Assembly (NCBI RefSeq): GCF_021028975.2
Contig: NC_059439.1
Coordinates: 23,684,001 to 23,748,000, forward strand
DNA length: 64,000 bases
Direction: 5' to 3'
Origin: Sphaerodactylus townsendi
Taxonomy: Eukaryota
Position numbers and translations under genes: made by a program
In this document: positions 1 to 12,034 of the stretch, one piece after another
How positions within the stretch are numbered: the first letter of the stretch is position 1
Layout: every line of letters begins with the position of its first letter
The notes under the pieces: generated by a model
The model's input: the letters and a program-made list of their open reading frames with translations, nothing else
What the model was told of the DNA's origin: nothing
Database searches by the model: none

Positions 1-203
1 ACAAGTAATATTACTGAATAGTGGATAATATATGAGATCTAATCAGCTTTTTGCTTATTAAAAAGAGCAGAAGAATTTTTCTTTTACTGCCCCAAAAGGA
101 TCATGGGTAAGATTACTCTCCGTGGCTTTTTGCAACAGGATGTGTTATATATTGTGAGTGCTGGGTGTGAACAAAGATTTCCAATGAGAAAATAGATTTC
201 ATT
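1..203 (+). pseudogene. Relic of a duplicated V2R gene 5' region (intergenic DNA fused to the V2R 5' leader)
   Basis: 1-114 matches ~32265-32375. 115-203 (ctctccgtggctttttgcaacaggatgtg...aaaatagatttcatt) matches 33870-33958, which ends just before the V2R ATG at 33967. Confidence 0.8.
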
Positions 204-2603
204 AAAGGAAACTTGAAGAGTTTCTTTCTTCTCCCCTCCTAACTAAACCCAGGCAAGACTTAATAGCAACAACATCACCAACCCAATTTTTAGAACAGTA
301 TGAGGCACTCTTGGAAACCATTACAGATGAAGTTGCAAGTTACTCAAGTCCCAATGAACCTCCTACTGACAAATTTCTGAACAAGGAGTTCAATAAGGAA
401 TGTAAAATGGTGAAAAATCAGATCAGAAAAATCTACAATACCTTTAAAAGCAGCAAAGCAGCAATCTTACATTGAGAATATTTTTCTCTCAGGTCCCGGC
501 TAATGCAACTACTTGTGAAAACAAACTAAAGATCATCGAATCCCTATGGAACGCTCTAATACAAGCTTCAAGGAGTAACAACACAAGAGTGTTTTGGTCA
601 TTAGTTGCTGGAGCCATGCGCACGTCAACCTTTTTAATGTCTAATATCAACCCCCAGAACTGGTTTACATATTTTCAAAGTGTATTTAAAGGAGACAATG
701 AACCGGTCTTGCAGAACGACCTGACACCTCCTCCAGTCCAGGTGGCTCCTTCCCTGGCCCCAGCATGATCTCAGTCCCTCAGAAATCAGACTATTAATTG
801 CTCAATTGAAACTGTATAAATCACCTGGCCCGGATCTAATGCCCCCAGATTTTTATAAAGCATTTCCAGACTGGTGGGCCCCCCTTCTGGCCGCTCTGTT
901 TACTTTGGTTGACAGGTCAGGTACTATCCCGGGGTCTTGGTTAAATGCAATAATAACACCAATATTCAAAAAGGGTGACCATATGTCACCAGCTAATTAC
1001 AGACCCATCAGCCTTTTATCTGTCTCTGGTAAACTTTATGCCAAACATCTGTTAAATAGGCTATGTACCTGGATCAATGATGGAAAAATTCTTTACCCCA
1101 AGCAAATAGGATTTAAAAAAGGTTGCTCTACATGATCATTGTCTGATCCTCAACCTCCTGCTATTAGAATACAAAACAAGGGGGCGATCTAAGATCTTTG
1201 CTGCCTTTCTGGACCTGAAAAGTGCCTTTGATTCAGTTGTAAGAGACTTGCTGTGGCTTAAGTTAACAGAGATGGGGATCGACGTTAGATTATTACTACT
1301 TATTAAATCTCTCTATTCAAACACAACCTGCCAGATAAAATGTACAAACTCTGGAGACCTAACTCCTAAGATTCCCGTCGTGACAGGTGTTAAGCAAGGC
1401 ATGTGTATTGGCCCCAGTCTTGTTTTAACTTTATTCATTAATGATTTGGTACAAGTGTTTGTCAGATGTTAATGCACACAGCCCAGTTCTTTCAAACAAA
1501 CCCATACCACTCCTACTTTATGCTGATGACGTGATACTGATCTCTAGATCTCAAGTGGGCCTTAAAAGGCTCCTTAGAAAAACTATGGAGTACTGTACAT
1601 CTAACTTCCTGTCCTTAAACCCAGAAAAATCAAAAATTGTCATCTTTTCTAATGTATTTAAGCCTTCTAGATGGCTTATTAATGGGGTTAAGGTTGAACA
1701 CTCCAAGTCCTTTAAATATCTAGGCCTAACCTTCCATCATAAAGCCACATGGGCCAGAGATATTGCTGTAAAAGGAAGTTATCACACTGCATCAGCAGTG
1801 GTAAAGTTTTTTCACACCAGGGGAAGGGGATATGTCCCAGCAGCTCTAAAGGTTTTCAACTCCAAGGTAGTTCAGCAACTTCTCTATGGAGTTCCCTTAT
1901 GGATAACTCCATGGAACAAGTCCGTTGAAAGAATACAATCTGGTGTCCTCTATAAAATACTCGGATTACCACACTCTGTACCATATGCTGTACTATGCTT
2001 AGAAACTGGTCAAAACCTACTTGAAACAAGAGCATGGCTGAATACATTCAAGTATTGGATCAAATTATGTTTTAACTCTGATGTGCGCAGTTTAATATAC
2101 ACCTATTTGCCTCCGAATTGTATCAACTTCTCAAATCAAAAATTTACTCAATAGGTTTATTGCTTGAAGATCTCTGTATGCTGACACCCAGAGAGATTTT
2201 CCGAACCTTAAAAAGTAGACTTCTAGAACAGGAATATCATATCTTGTTGGGGCAAGCAAATAAATCATGCTCACCCCTCTCTGTCGGAATAATACCGGAA
2301 CAGGGGCACATAGCCAAATATCTTGAATTATTAACTGAACCCCAAAAGAGATGGATTATCACAAGGGCCAGATCCAATACCTTCCCATCGGCCATTACAA
2401 AGGGTCGTTACTTATTCATCCCTCTCCAGGATCGGGTTTGTCCACACTGTAAAAATCAAGTAGAGACTCTTGCTCACATTATTCTTGACTGTCCGAGATA
2501 TGTGGGAATTAGGAATTTCTCTCCCAGGCTGGCCCTAGACAAATCTGAAAGTGACTCTGACTGTTCTGTTGTGGAGCTTCTGTTAAACAACACAAATATT
2601 TAA
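204..2603 (+). mobile_element. Degenerate non-LTR retrotransposon (RTE-X-like LINE) ORF: reverse transcriptase plus C-terminal CCHC
   Basis: Frameshifted ORF pieces with KSPGPD, PIFKKGD..NYRPISLL, QIGF, GVKQG, LLYADD, FKYLG and CPHC..ETLAHIILDC motifs. The 3' end is cut off at an aaatatt microhomology with the host flank (compare 16185). Confidence 0.85.
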
Positions 2604-2970
2604 ATCCACCAATTAATTTAAAAAAACTCCTTATTTATCTTTATGGACAGTGGGAAAGAACCACAGTAACAAGAACTGGGAGAAAGTGAGCCAAACAAAT
2701 ATCTGGCTGAATCCAACCCAAAATATTATCAGATAAACAGAGAATCAGTATCTAATAATTCCAGGAAGACTTTCCTAGGTATAAATCCCATTTAATAGAT
2801 ATGAGAAGGATTGTGCATATATCTGCTTAGGACTGCTCCCCGATAGTTGCATTATATAGCAGTTTTGTTATGTTTCAATTTAAAAAAAAGACAGAACTAG
2901 ATGGAACCAGGTGAGTTTCAAGGAGGATGGAGTGTTACTATCTTGGAACTATGATGGAATTCGAAATGGA

Positions 2971-3111
2971 GGCTCCTTCCGCACACGCAAAATAATGCAT
3001 TTTCAAACCACTTTCACAACTGTTTGCTAGTGGATTTTGCTATTCCGCACAGCTTTAAAGAGCACTGAAAGCAGTTTGAAAGTGCATTATTCTGCATGTG
3101 CGGAATGAGCC
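2971..3111. mobile_element. 141-bp palindromic MITE, PIF/Harbinger-type
   Basis: Long TIRs ggcYcYttccgcaca...tgtgcggaatgagcc; 3-bp TSD GGA; empty site at ~16555. Confidence 0.85.
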
Positions 3112-3177
3112 GGATAGATGTATACATTACTGAAACACTTTTCTCATAGTAAAATGAAGCAAGCTGAGGTTATCTTA

Positions 3178-3318
3178 GGCTCATTCCGCACATGCAGAAT
3201 AATGCCCTTTCAAACTGTTTTCAGTGCTCTTTGAAGCTGTGCGGAATTGCAAAATCCACTTGCAAACAGTTGTGAAAGTGATTTGAAAACGCATTATTTT
3301 GCGTGTGCGGAAGGGGCC
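3178..3318. mobile_element. 141-bp MITE, same family, opposite orientation
   Basis: Same TIRs; TSD TTA; empty site at ~16622. Confidence 0.88.
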
Positions 3319-4461
3319 TTAGAAAAAATGAGCAGGATATTTCAAAGTGAAATGCAACTGTTTTTTATTATTTTTGTTAACAAATGCAAGACATATGTCA
3401 TGTAAGAACAATAGCACAGCACAGCGAAACCTTTATTAGGCATAAGTTAAAATCTCTACAATCAATAATTCTGTACATAAGTACAAAATAGTCTAATATC
3501 CAGGTAGTAATAAAATACTATATATACAAAACATCGAATATATGACATATTGCTTAACGTCAGACAGTTAAAATCCATTTACATTAGGGAACGGCTCACG
3601 TTTGTCATTTTATTAAATCACATGTAAGCCCGTGTATTTGTAACTTATGCGACTACCTAAGCTCAGGTTTTTGGTAACATTTGTTGTTTATTACTTCTGC
3701 TAAGAAAGTTGCAACCTTCAGAGTTATTTCAGGGGACCAATCATTTAGTAAATAAGGTACTATGTATGTTGCAGGTAGGGTTGGTAAATGGGGAAAAAAT
3801 TCGGCCCCAGTTCGGATTTGGGCCCAATTCGGATGTATGGGGTCAGATGCCCCCATATCCAAGCCTGCCAGGCTCGGATACACCCGAATTTCCAAGATTC
3901 TCGGATGCTTTTTTATTTTTTTGCTGTTTTTCCCCATTTTGGCCTGCAGGGGGAGCATTGTTAAAGATATCGGCATGAAAATTTCAGGGAATTCATCTTC
4001 CCGAGGTACTGAAATTCTGATCATGCTAAGTTTGGTGCAGTTTGGTTCAGGGGGGCCTATGTTATGGACCCTCAAAGATAGCCCAAATCACCCATTGTTT
4101 CCAATGGGAGCCAATGGAATATAGGGGCTATATTTGAGATCCCATAACTATGGCCCCCCATGAACCAAACTGGCAACACCAAACTTCAAGTGCTATAATC
4201 AGAACAGGCTAATGTCTGAAGATAGCCTTGAAACTCTCCGAGCAGCAGCTATACCTTTAAAAATGCGTCCCCTACAGGCACCCCAGGATTTTTGCACAAG
4301 ATTCTGTGGTTTGCATTGAATTTTTTCAATTGCTTTCAATGGAGGAATTCCTGGGGTGCCTGCGGGGGCGCATTTTTAAAGGTAAGTGGGGTATCTTTTT
4401 TACTGGGGATTGGTTGGGAAACTGGGTGGCAAGGGTGGCATGGGTGGGTGGGTGCTTACAC

Positions 4462-4462
<1 letters not shown>

Positions 4463-4506
<44 letters not shown>

Positions 4507-4512
4507 CGTGCG
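4463..4512. repeat. (TG)n microsatellite
   Basis: About 20 TG units followed by cgtg repeats. Confidence 0.95.
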
Positions 4513-4609
4513 CGGGTCAGGGCTTAGAAGTGGGGGCAACTTTTGGGATGGGAAGGGGGTGCTAAGCTTGGCTGGGGGGGCTTGGACTTGTGTCACCCTC
4601 CCTCTGTGC

Positions 4610-5470
4610 CAAGCAGTTGCCACCACCTGCAGCTTCCAAGCCCTGATCTACACACACAGAGAAGTTGTGTGTGCGTGAGGATCCAGGGACTTGGGAAGCC
4701 GCATGAGGCTAATTTCTTTGGGAAAAGGGGTGTGTCGCGTCTGGATTGGGGCTTGGAGGGGTGACTTTGGGAAAGGGGGGTGTCAAGAGGGTCCAGGAAG
4801 GGTAGATGGTTGCTTGGACTTGAGTCCAAGCATCCATCTACCCTCCCTGGCCACGCTCCAGCTCCCAAGCCCCGGACTTGATCCATCTACTCTCCCTGGC
4901 CACGCTCCAGCTCCCAAGCCCCGGTCTGCACGCACACAGGAGTTGTGTGTGCGTGCAGATTGGGGCTCAGAGGGCGACTTTGGGAAAGGGGGTGTCAAGC
5001 GGGGCCAGGAAGGGTAGATGGTTGCTTGGACTTGAGTCCAAGCATCCATCTATCCTCCCTGGCCAGCTTGACTCCCCTCCAGCTCCCAAGCCCCCGCCTC
5101 GCACTTGGACAGGGCGGATTGGGGGGGCTCCGGAGGGGCGACTTTGGGGAAAGGGGGGGTGTCCAAAGCAGGGCCAGGAAGGGTAGATGGTTTGCCCGGT
5201 CTCCGGTTCAAGCATCCATCTATCCCCCCCTGGCCAGCTTGACACCCTCCAGCTCCCAAGCCCCAGTCTGCACGCTATCACAGGAGTTGTGTGTCGCGTG
5301 AGGATTAAAGGGGTCAGTTCAAGAGAGGAGCTTGACTTACTTTGGGAAAGGGGGGGTGTCAAGCAGGGCCAGGAAGGGTAGATGGTTGCTTGGACTTGAG
5401 TCCAAGCATCCATCTATCCTCCCTGGCCAGCTTGACACCCCCCCCAGCTCCCAAGCCCCAGTCTGCACGG
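4610..5470. repeat. GC-rich minisatellite (~170-210 bp unit, ~4.5 copies) inside the hAT element
   Basis: Recurrent ccaggaagggtagatggttgcttggacttgagtccaagcatccatcta and ccagctcccaagcccc at ~4795, 5005, 5173, 5369. Confidence 0.9.
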
Positions 5471-5767
5471 CGGTGTGTGCTTCCTGCAGCTGCCTGCCTC
5501 TTTAAAGTTTTCCCCCCCGGCTGGCTCGGAAGGGAAGTCCACCTTCGTCTGGAGAGAAGGGGGTGCTGTCTTCGATTGGAGAATATGTTTTAGAGGGGCG
5601 AGCTTGACGGACTCTTGGCTGTCTAAATCTCTCCGAACTAGCGGATCTCGGCCGAACTTGCAGTTCGGCCGATCCGATCCGCCATCTCTAGTTGCAGGTA
5701 GGCTAGGTTTTGTTTTAAGAAGCGGAGTAATATAAATACTTCGTAGGGATGAATAGGACTGACAGTT

Positions 5768-6474
5768 TGAGGGAAGCAGCTAATACTCTCCTGCTATTAA
5801 AAGAACTTTTACTACAACATTTCTGTGTGGTAATAAAACATTTATTAACAACATTGGTTCAAGGTAAACCGAAGCATAAGGTGCAGCATGGGGGTCTGAT
5901 CTTGTGGTATATGTACTGGGCAGCCAATAGTGCTGTCCCCCAGACACCTAAATTTTTCTCAGCACGCCTGCCGATGAAAAATTATAATGCACACTGGAGC
6001 AGCTGTGAGATTCCAGATGGGCGGTCGCCACTTCCTGAAGACTCTTTGCTGCCAGGGGCGCAAGCCATCTACGCCCACGTCTGGCCAGGTGACCCCTTGG
6101 CTTGCTCCACCCCTTGGCTTGCTCCACCCCAAACCTCATGAGGAGGTTCCACCACAGCAGGTCTTTTGCCCGCTGCCCCCCCAGCTAAAGATCAGTCCCC
6201 CATGCGCAAACCTCCGGATAACAACAATAAAGCGCATGCATTAACACAGAACAAAACAGGGAGAGGTGGGTGGGAAACGCGCCTGCTCCAACAAATGAGG
6301 AGGTGGGGAGGCCAAGCTCAGGCCTAAATAGGCCGCCTGGCCCCACCTCCCAAGCTAAAGCCTCGCGAGCCCAGAAGAGCTTGCAAGGCAGGGGGAGGGG
6401 AGAAGGAAGCCATGGAGGCTGTCCCTTCCCCATCAGCAATGGCAGCCGCGGTAAGTCATGGCTGTTCCCTGACA
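5768..6474. mobile_element. Interspersed repeat with short imperfect inverted ends (possibly DIRS-like)
   Basis: Ends gagggaagcagc...gctgttccct; homologous to 44811-45140. Confidence 0.5.
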
Positions 6475-6491
6475 GTTTAGAAGAATATGCT

Positions 6492-6810
6492 GGATTGAAT
6501 CCACTTCATTTAATGGCATGGACACCTTCTCTCTGAGGTTGGTATGCCTTGATATCGTCCTTCCATCACTTTAGAGGGGCAGGAGTTAAGCCTAGCCAGC
6601 ATAAATGCTCTGCGTTGAGATGGGTTATCAAGACTGAAAAGATATTGAGCCATCTTGCCACGAAAAAAGGTTAATTGTAACGATTCAGGCGAGCAGACGG
6701 CTGGTTGTGAGGGTTGAAGCTTTTGCTGTTCCACATCAAAGATTCTTTGTCTAAGGAGCCTAACAATGTACTCATCATTTAAGGATTCAAAGAATTCCAA
6801 TGAGAAGCCT
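6492..6810 (-). mobile_element. RTE-X-like LINE internal fragment
   Basis: ORF 6510-6800 has CSP, RRAFMLARLN..PS...GRY...RRCPC, matching the other LINE copies in the window. Confidence 0.75.
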
Positions 6811-6832
6811 AAGGTTTTATTTTAATTTCTAG

Positions 6833-6972
6833 GGCTGATTCTGCATGGGCCAAAAATAGCAGTATGAAAACGGTGTGAAAACAGTATAAACCCTTTTACA
6901 CCATTTTCAACCCTTTTACACCATTTTCACACAGTTTTCACACTGTTGTTTTTGGTCCACGCGGAATCAGCC
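6833..6972. mobile_element. 140-bp palindromic MITE (second Harbinger-type family)
   Basis: Long imperfect TIRs ggctgattctgcatggg...ccacgcggaatcagcc; TSD TAG. Confidence 0.8.
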
Positions 6973-7195
6973 TAGGTTGGTTAGCCAGGTTGTACTCAGT
7001 GGGTCAGACTTAAAGTGAGATAGGAGCGAACTTTCTTTTGCCTTAAAGAATATTTTCAGCCAGAATCTTTAAAAAGTAATCCACGCTTTTGTTTCCACAC
7101 AATGTAGACCCAGTTCCACACATATTACTGAGTTTGGGATGCATTTTGGAACTCCCAGAAGTTAACTTCCTGCTGGACTCTAACCATCAAGACTT

Positions 7196-8619
7196 CGTTG
7201 AAAGTTTTCAATGCCAAATGTGGAACCAAGCTCCTTTATGGAGCACCTATCTGGATTGAAGCGGCAAACAAAATCTTAAATAGATCTCAATCCCGCTTTT
7301 TTTATAAAATCATGGGACTACCCAACTGTGCTCCATACGCAGCCCTATGCTTAGAACTTGGGCAAATATCCCATGTCACAATGGCTTGGCTGAGGACCAT
7401 CAAATATTGGCTGCACATCCATTTTTCACAAGATCATTCTAGCTTAATCCACTCGATGCTCTCCGACTCGGTAGTTCCCAGATGGACGACGTTGGTGGAA
7501 GAAAGTAAAATTAGCTCTATCTGGCCTCCCCACTAGAGTCACTTTACTCTCTTCAACTTCTACCGGAGGCCTATAATTGCCTGGAAAATCAGGCTGCTGG
7601 AACATGAGAGTACTGCAACATGATAGCTGAAGCGAGGAAAACATGCTCTCCTCTAAATTTGCTTATCCCTTTTGAACAAGGACATACAGCCAACTACCTT
7701 TTCTGGCTTACCAATCCAAGGCACAGAAGAGCAATATCCTTGGCCCGTTTCAATTTAATGCCCTCTATGCTCCTTAAAGGCAGATACCAACGCATAGATA
7801 AACAAAAGAGGCTATGTCCATAGAGACACTGGAGCACACTCTGTTTCATTGTGCAAGATTTGCCAAGATCAGAATGACCCAGCCCATCATTGCTTCACTT
7901 TTATACAATCATTTAACTGATGCTCTTAGGATTCCGTTAATCTTAGATAATCTTGATCCTTATTTCTGTGAAAGCGTAGCAAAATATCTTTTAAAGATTA
8001 TTATAGACGCATAACGCTTAGATGGATACTTCAAGCACTAGATTGCTATCATCATAACAACAACAATGCTGCTTACATTAACTATTTGCTATTGGCACAC
8101 AGTGCCTACCTCTGCCAGCAACCTTTGGGTTCACGGTCCACGGCTCACCCAAAGTCAAATGTGGGTGATTCATTGAGGGATGTCGTAGTTTTGTTAGTGA
8201 TTGCTAGATGGAGTGAGTGACAACTGAAGGCTGTGGCAACCTATGGGAGCCAAATCAATTGTTTGCCCATTTCCTCGCCCCCTATCCCTTGCTCTGTGTT
8301 AGGGTTAGGTGCCACTCTAACAAACTCTGTGTTTTATAGTGGAGTGTTGACACTGTATGCTGTTGTGATGCCTGGGCTCTGTTGGTGGGTTTTTAGTCAG
8401 GTCTGTGGAGAGGTGTATAGGAACGGCACTTTTGATGAGTCCATTTAGACTAAACTATTGATGAGACTCTGAATGGTTGCTGTAACTATCTGTCTTTTAT
8501 GGACAATTGTTTTATTGTCTTATTGTATTTATTGTTTTATTGTATTTATTGTATTTTGGAATGCCAATAAAGGCTATCATCACATCACATCAATGCTTGT
8601 ATAAACATTAAACTAATTT
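7196..8619 (+). mobile_element. 5'-truncated RTE-X-like LINE, probably with a second element nested at ~8060-8590
   Basis: 15-bp TSD taaccatcaagactt (7181-7195 / 8620-8634); ORFs with KVFNAK..LLYGAPIW and ETLEHTLFHC; atgccaataaaggc tail at ~8561. Confidence 0.8.
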
Positions 8620-9595
8620 TAACCATCAAGACTTTCTATGTGAAATGGATGGCAAGGGCTGTCCAGCTGCAACTGTCTTATGGCAACCCCAGGAAAGGAC
8701 TTTCAAGGCAAGTCAGAAGCAGAACTGGTTTGAGAGATTCAACAGATACATGACTGAGAGGAACATTGTCTAACACTCCAAATGTTGGATGCATACTTTC
8801 TTCTAGCCAGACTACAGTTCAGGAAACAGCTAGAATGGGTGGGAATGGTTGAGGGGAAAACAACTCCAAAGCAAGAAAGAACATCAAGATAAGGCATGCC
8901 ACGGTCTGTTTTGCACAGCACAAATAAGGCATCCTGAGAGCACAAAAAAAGGCCTGTTGGGGAGGCACTCTGCACAGCCTTTCCCCCCAAGACATTCTCA
9001 GGACACCTTATTTCAGCCCAAGCAGTCTTATTCTGAAGATGCTGGAAGTCTGGACTACACACACATGCGCGGCAAATAGGCCCTACATTAGAATTCTGGG
9101 AAACGAAAGGAAAAGACACAATTTATTTCATACTGTGTTGATTTTTCAAGCAAGAACTGAGAACAGGGGTTGAAACACTTCAGATTTGGGAGGAAGGATC
9201 CCTTCCAGGGAGGGCAGCTGTTTTATTTGCCTTTCCTTTAACTTTCATGAATGGTAGGCATGTTTACCCTGAATATTTCCTTTTGTAACCCCTCCCCTTT
9301 TTAAAATTTCAAAATCATCCCCATTGGGAATATTAAAGGAAAACTATATAATTCTCTTGAGATTAAAAACAAAGATCAAAAGCCTGGGAATTAAAATCAC
9401 AGAGGTCCTTTCTGATGGGTACACAAGTGAGGGTATTTGCAGTGGCAGCTTCACGATTGTGGAACAATCTCGCCAGAAATGTGTGCTTTCAATCTTTGGA
9501 AGGCTGATGCCAGTTTTATTCAGGAAGGCATATTTTTCACCCAATCTGTTGTAAATTGTGATTTCAATTCAGGGCCTTCTATGGGTTTTATGTAT

Positions 9596-9736
9596 GGCCC
9601 CTTCTGCACGCACAAAACAATGCATTTTCAAACCACTTTCACAACTGTTTGCAAGTGGATTTTGCCATTCCGCACAGTTTCAAAGAGCACTGAAAGCAGT
9701 TTGAAAGTGCATTATTCTGCATGTGCAGAATAAGCC
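9596..9736. mobile_element. 141-bp Harbinger-type MITE in the OR 3' flank
   Basis: TIRs; TSD TAT; empty sites at ~18213 and ~29130. Confidence 0.88.
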
Positions 9737-9850
9737 TATGTTTATGTTCAGCATTCTATTTACATTGTAAAATAGTTCCATATGGTGGAAAGGTGGAGCA
9801 TAAGAGCATCATATAATGTTGGCCCTCCTTGTAATATTTGATCAAAGCTA

Positions 9851-10789
9851 TTAACCTTTTGTCGTAAGAAAGATTTTAGTACCCAGTTTCCACATTGCTG
9901 CTTTTACCTCTTTGTTCCTGAGACTATATATTATGGGGTTTAAAATAGGTGTGATGATGGAATAGAACAGAGACAACCACTTGTCAGTGTCTGAAGAGTA
10001 ACTGGACTTAGGCTGGGAATACAAGAAGAGAGCTGGGCCATAAAATAGGGTTACGACCATGAGGTGAGAGGAACAAGTGGAGAAGGTCTTGTGCCTGCTC
10101 TTGGCTGATCTCATTTTTAAGATAGCAGTGATGATATGGAGGTAAGACACCAGGATAAGAACGAAAGGAAGCATGAGCCCCACAACAGATGCCCCAATGA
10201 CTTGGACTTCATTCCAGTAGGTGTTTCCACAAACAAGCACCATCAATGGCTGAATCTCACAGAAGAAATGGTTAATGACGTTGGGCCCACAAAAAGGGAG
10301 GTTAAAAATGAAGGTGGTGTGTCCTGCTGCCACCAGGAATCCAGTAAGCCAAGATGCCAGAGATAGCTGGAGACAGGTTCTCTTGTCCATGATGACCATG
10401 TATCGCAGTGGGATGCAGATGGCCACATAGCGGTCATATGACATAACACAAAGGAAACAACACTCTGTAGCTCCAAATAGTAAGAAGAAATAGAGCTGTG
10501 TGGCACACCCAACAAAAGAGATTTTGCCTTCTGCCAAGCGGAGGTTTGCAAGCATGTTGGGTATGGTGACTGAGATGAAACATAATTCCAAGAAAGACAA
10601 GTTCCTTAGGAAAAAATACATGGGAGTCTGTAGGGTACTATCCAAACTGATAGTGAGAACAATGAGGATGTTACCAACTATTGTGAATAAGTACAGGCAT
10701 AAAAACACCACAAACAGTGAAAACTTCATTTCCGGGAGTTTTGAGAAACCCAGTATAATGAATTCAGTCACGCAGGTTTCATTTCCCAT
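9851..10789 (-). CDS. Olfactory receptor (class II, OR10-like), intact, 312 aa
   Basis: Single coding exon; N-terminal NET sequon; GN, LQTPMYFFLRNLS, MSYDRYVAIC.PLRY, HFFCE, KTFSTCSSHL, P.LNPIIYSLRNKEV motifs. Confidence 0.97.
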   Translation of the reverse strand: MGNETCVTEFIILGFSKLPEMKFSLFVVFLCLYLFTIVGNILIVLTISLDSTLQTPMYFFLRNLSFLELCFISVTIPNMLANLRLAEGKISFVGCATQLYFFLLFGATECCFLCVMSYDRYVAICIPLRYMVIMDKRTCLQLSLASWLTGFLVAAGHTTFIFNLPFCGPNVINHFFCEIQPLMVLVCGNTYWNEVQVIGASVVGLMLPFVLILVSYLHIITAILKMRSAKSRHKTFSTCSSHLMVVTLFYGPALFLYSQPKSSYSSDTDKWLSLFYSIITPILNPIIYSLRNKEVKAAMWKLGTKIFLTTKG

Positions 10790-10870
10790 GGCTTATCCTT
10801 TATCCTATTTTTCCTGACATTTATCTATTGTGATATAGTAAAATATGATGGATAGAACACTAAACACACT

Positions 10871-11374
10871 AGGGGCTTTCCGCACTTACTGAGTTGTACT
10901 GGTTTCTACTTAGGTTCAACTCAGTGTATCCGCACGGCAACCGAGCTCAACGTTGTTTTGTCTCAGTTCCCCCCCCCCCTCGGAACTGCGACATCCCTGT
11001 CGCAGTTATGAACGGCACCTTTCTACTGGAACAAGGTTGATACCGCTTCGAAGCTTTGAAGTGCAGATGCATTGAAACGACACCTCATCCGTTCAACCAA
11101 TCAGGAGCCGCTTTTGTGGCATATGCAAAACGGGAGAGTCATGGCGGGCATGTAAATGTAAACTGTAAACTGTAAAAAAAAAGAACGTTCTCATTTCCCG
11201 TGGTAACACAAGCTCCAATCATGATCAAGGAGCGAAACAGGCACCAAGATGATCCCGCCCACTTAGCTCGGTTCCAGGGGGCCAAGTAAGTTGCTGTGCG
11301 GACAGCCTGGAATCGCCCCCCACTGAAGGGAACCAAGTCGACCTTAGCTCCCTTCTGTAGTGCGGAAAGCCCCT
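10871..11374. mobile_element. ~500-bp non-autonomous DNA transposon (Harbinger-like TIRs) ~80 bp upstream of the OR ATG
   Basis: Perfect 16-bp TIR aggggctttccgcact / agtgcggaaagcccct; absent at paralogous sites ~19330 and ~30265. Confidence 0.85.
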
Positions 11375-12034
11375 CTATATACTTACTGTCAGATACCAGT
11401 GGGGAACATTTACATCCAGATGTGGGTTTTAATCCTACCCATGGTTGAACATGCTCATCATGCCCTTTTATTTCCACAGCAATCCTTGAGAGCCAAGTGT
11501 CACTTGCCTCAGATGACTGAAGGGATCATCCTTTGCTGCCCCAGATTATCCCAAGAATTTGCTTGATGTCAAAATCACAGTGGATTTAAGCATTCATTCC
11601 ATGATGAAACACATGAAGAATTGCAAGGAAAACTGTAACAGCTGATTTTTCTAGTACAGGGTGTACACATGCATGTTCCACACAGTTTTCGATTTCGTCT
11701 TACTAGATGCAAAGTGAAACTTGAGACTTACTTCTGCAATGAAATATTTTAGATGTTTTGATAGAAGTCAACTGAGTTTGTGTAGGATTACATCAATCCC
11801 TCTAGCACTGCACATCTTCTAAAACAACATGTCCTGATGCCATGTCATGAATGTAAACGACAGTATTCCAACAGCAAAGGTGCTAGAAAGAAAATCCGAT
11901 CCATTTTAGTCAATGAGACAAGTTTCACACATTCCTGGAAAAGAGAAAAAAAATAACCTCTAAAGCTAGTGACAGAGTTTCATTTTGGTGCATGGAGATT
12001 TCCTTCTGTACAAGGTTCCTTTGGATACAGTCCA

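Larger units (their letters stand above)
3776..5690. mobile_element. Non-autonomous hAT-type DNA transposon (~1.9 kb)
   Basis: Perfect 8-bp TSD gttgcagg (3768-3775 / 5691-5698); termini tagggttgg...ccatctcta; subterminal ttcgg/ccgaa motifs; no transposase ORF. Confidence 0.85.
3415..5750 (-). mobile_element. 3' fragment of an RTE-X-like LINE, split by a hAT insertion
   Basis: Minus-strand tail atgcctaataaaggtttc(gctgt)n. The frame SLRSIYITPLLKTKPSLPATYIVPYLLND...VATFL is continuous once 3776-5698 is removed. Confidence 0.75.

Noticed and set aside
4610-5470. CRISPR-like array of palindromic repeats, and many overlapping ORFs
   Set aside because: The spacers are themselves repeated, the context is vertebrate and there are no cas genes; the ORFs are by-products of a GC-rich minisatellite.
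10136-10817. Antisense and alternate-frame ORFs recurring over each OR
   Set aside because: They are shadow ORFs, conserved only because the OR paralogs are near-identical.
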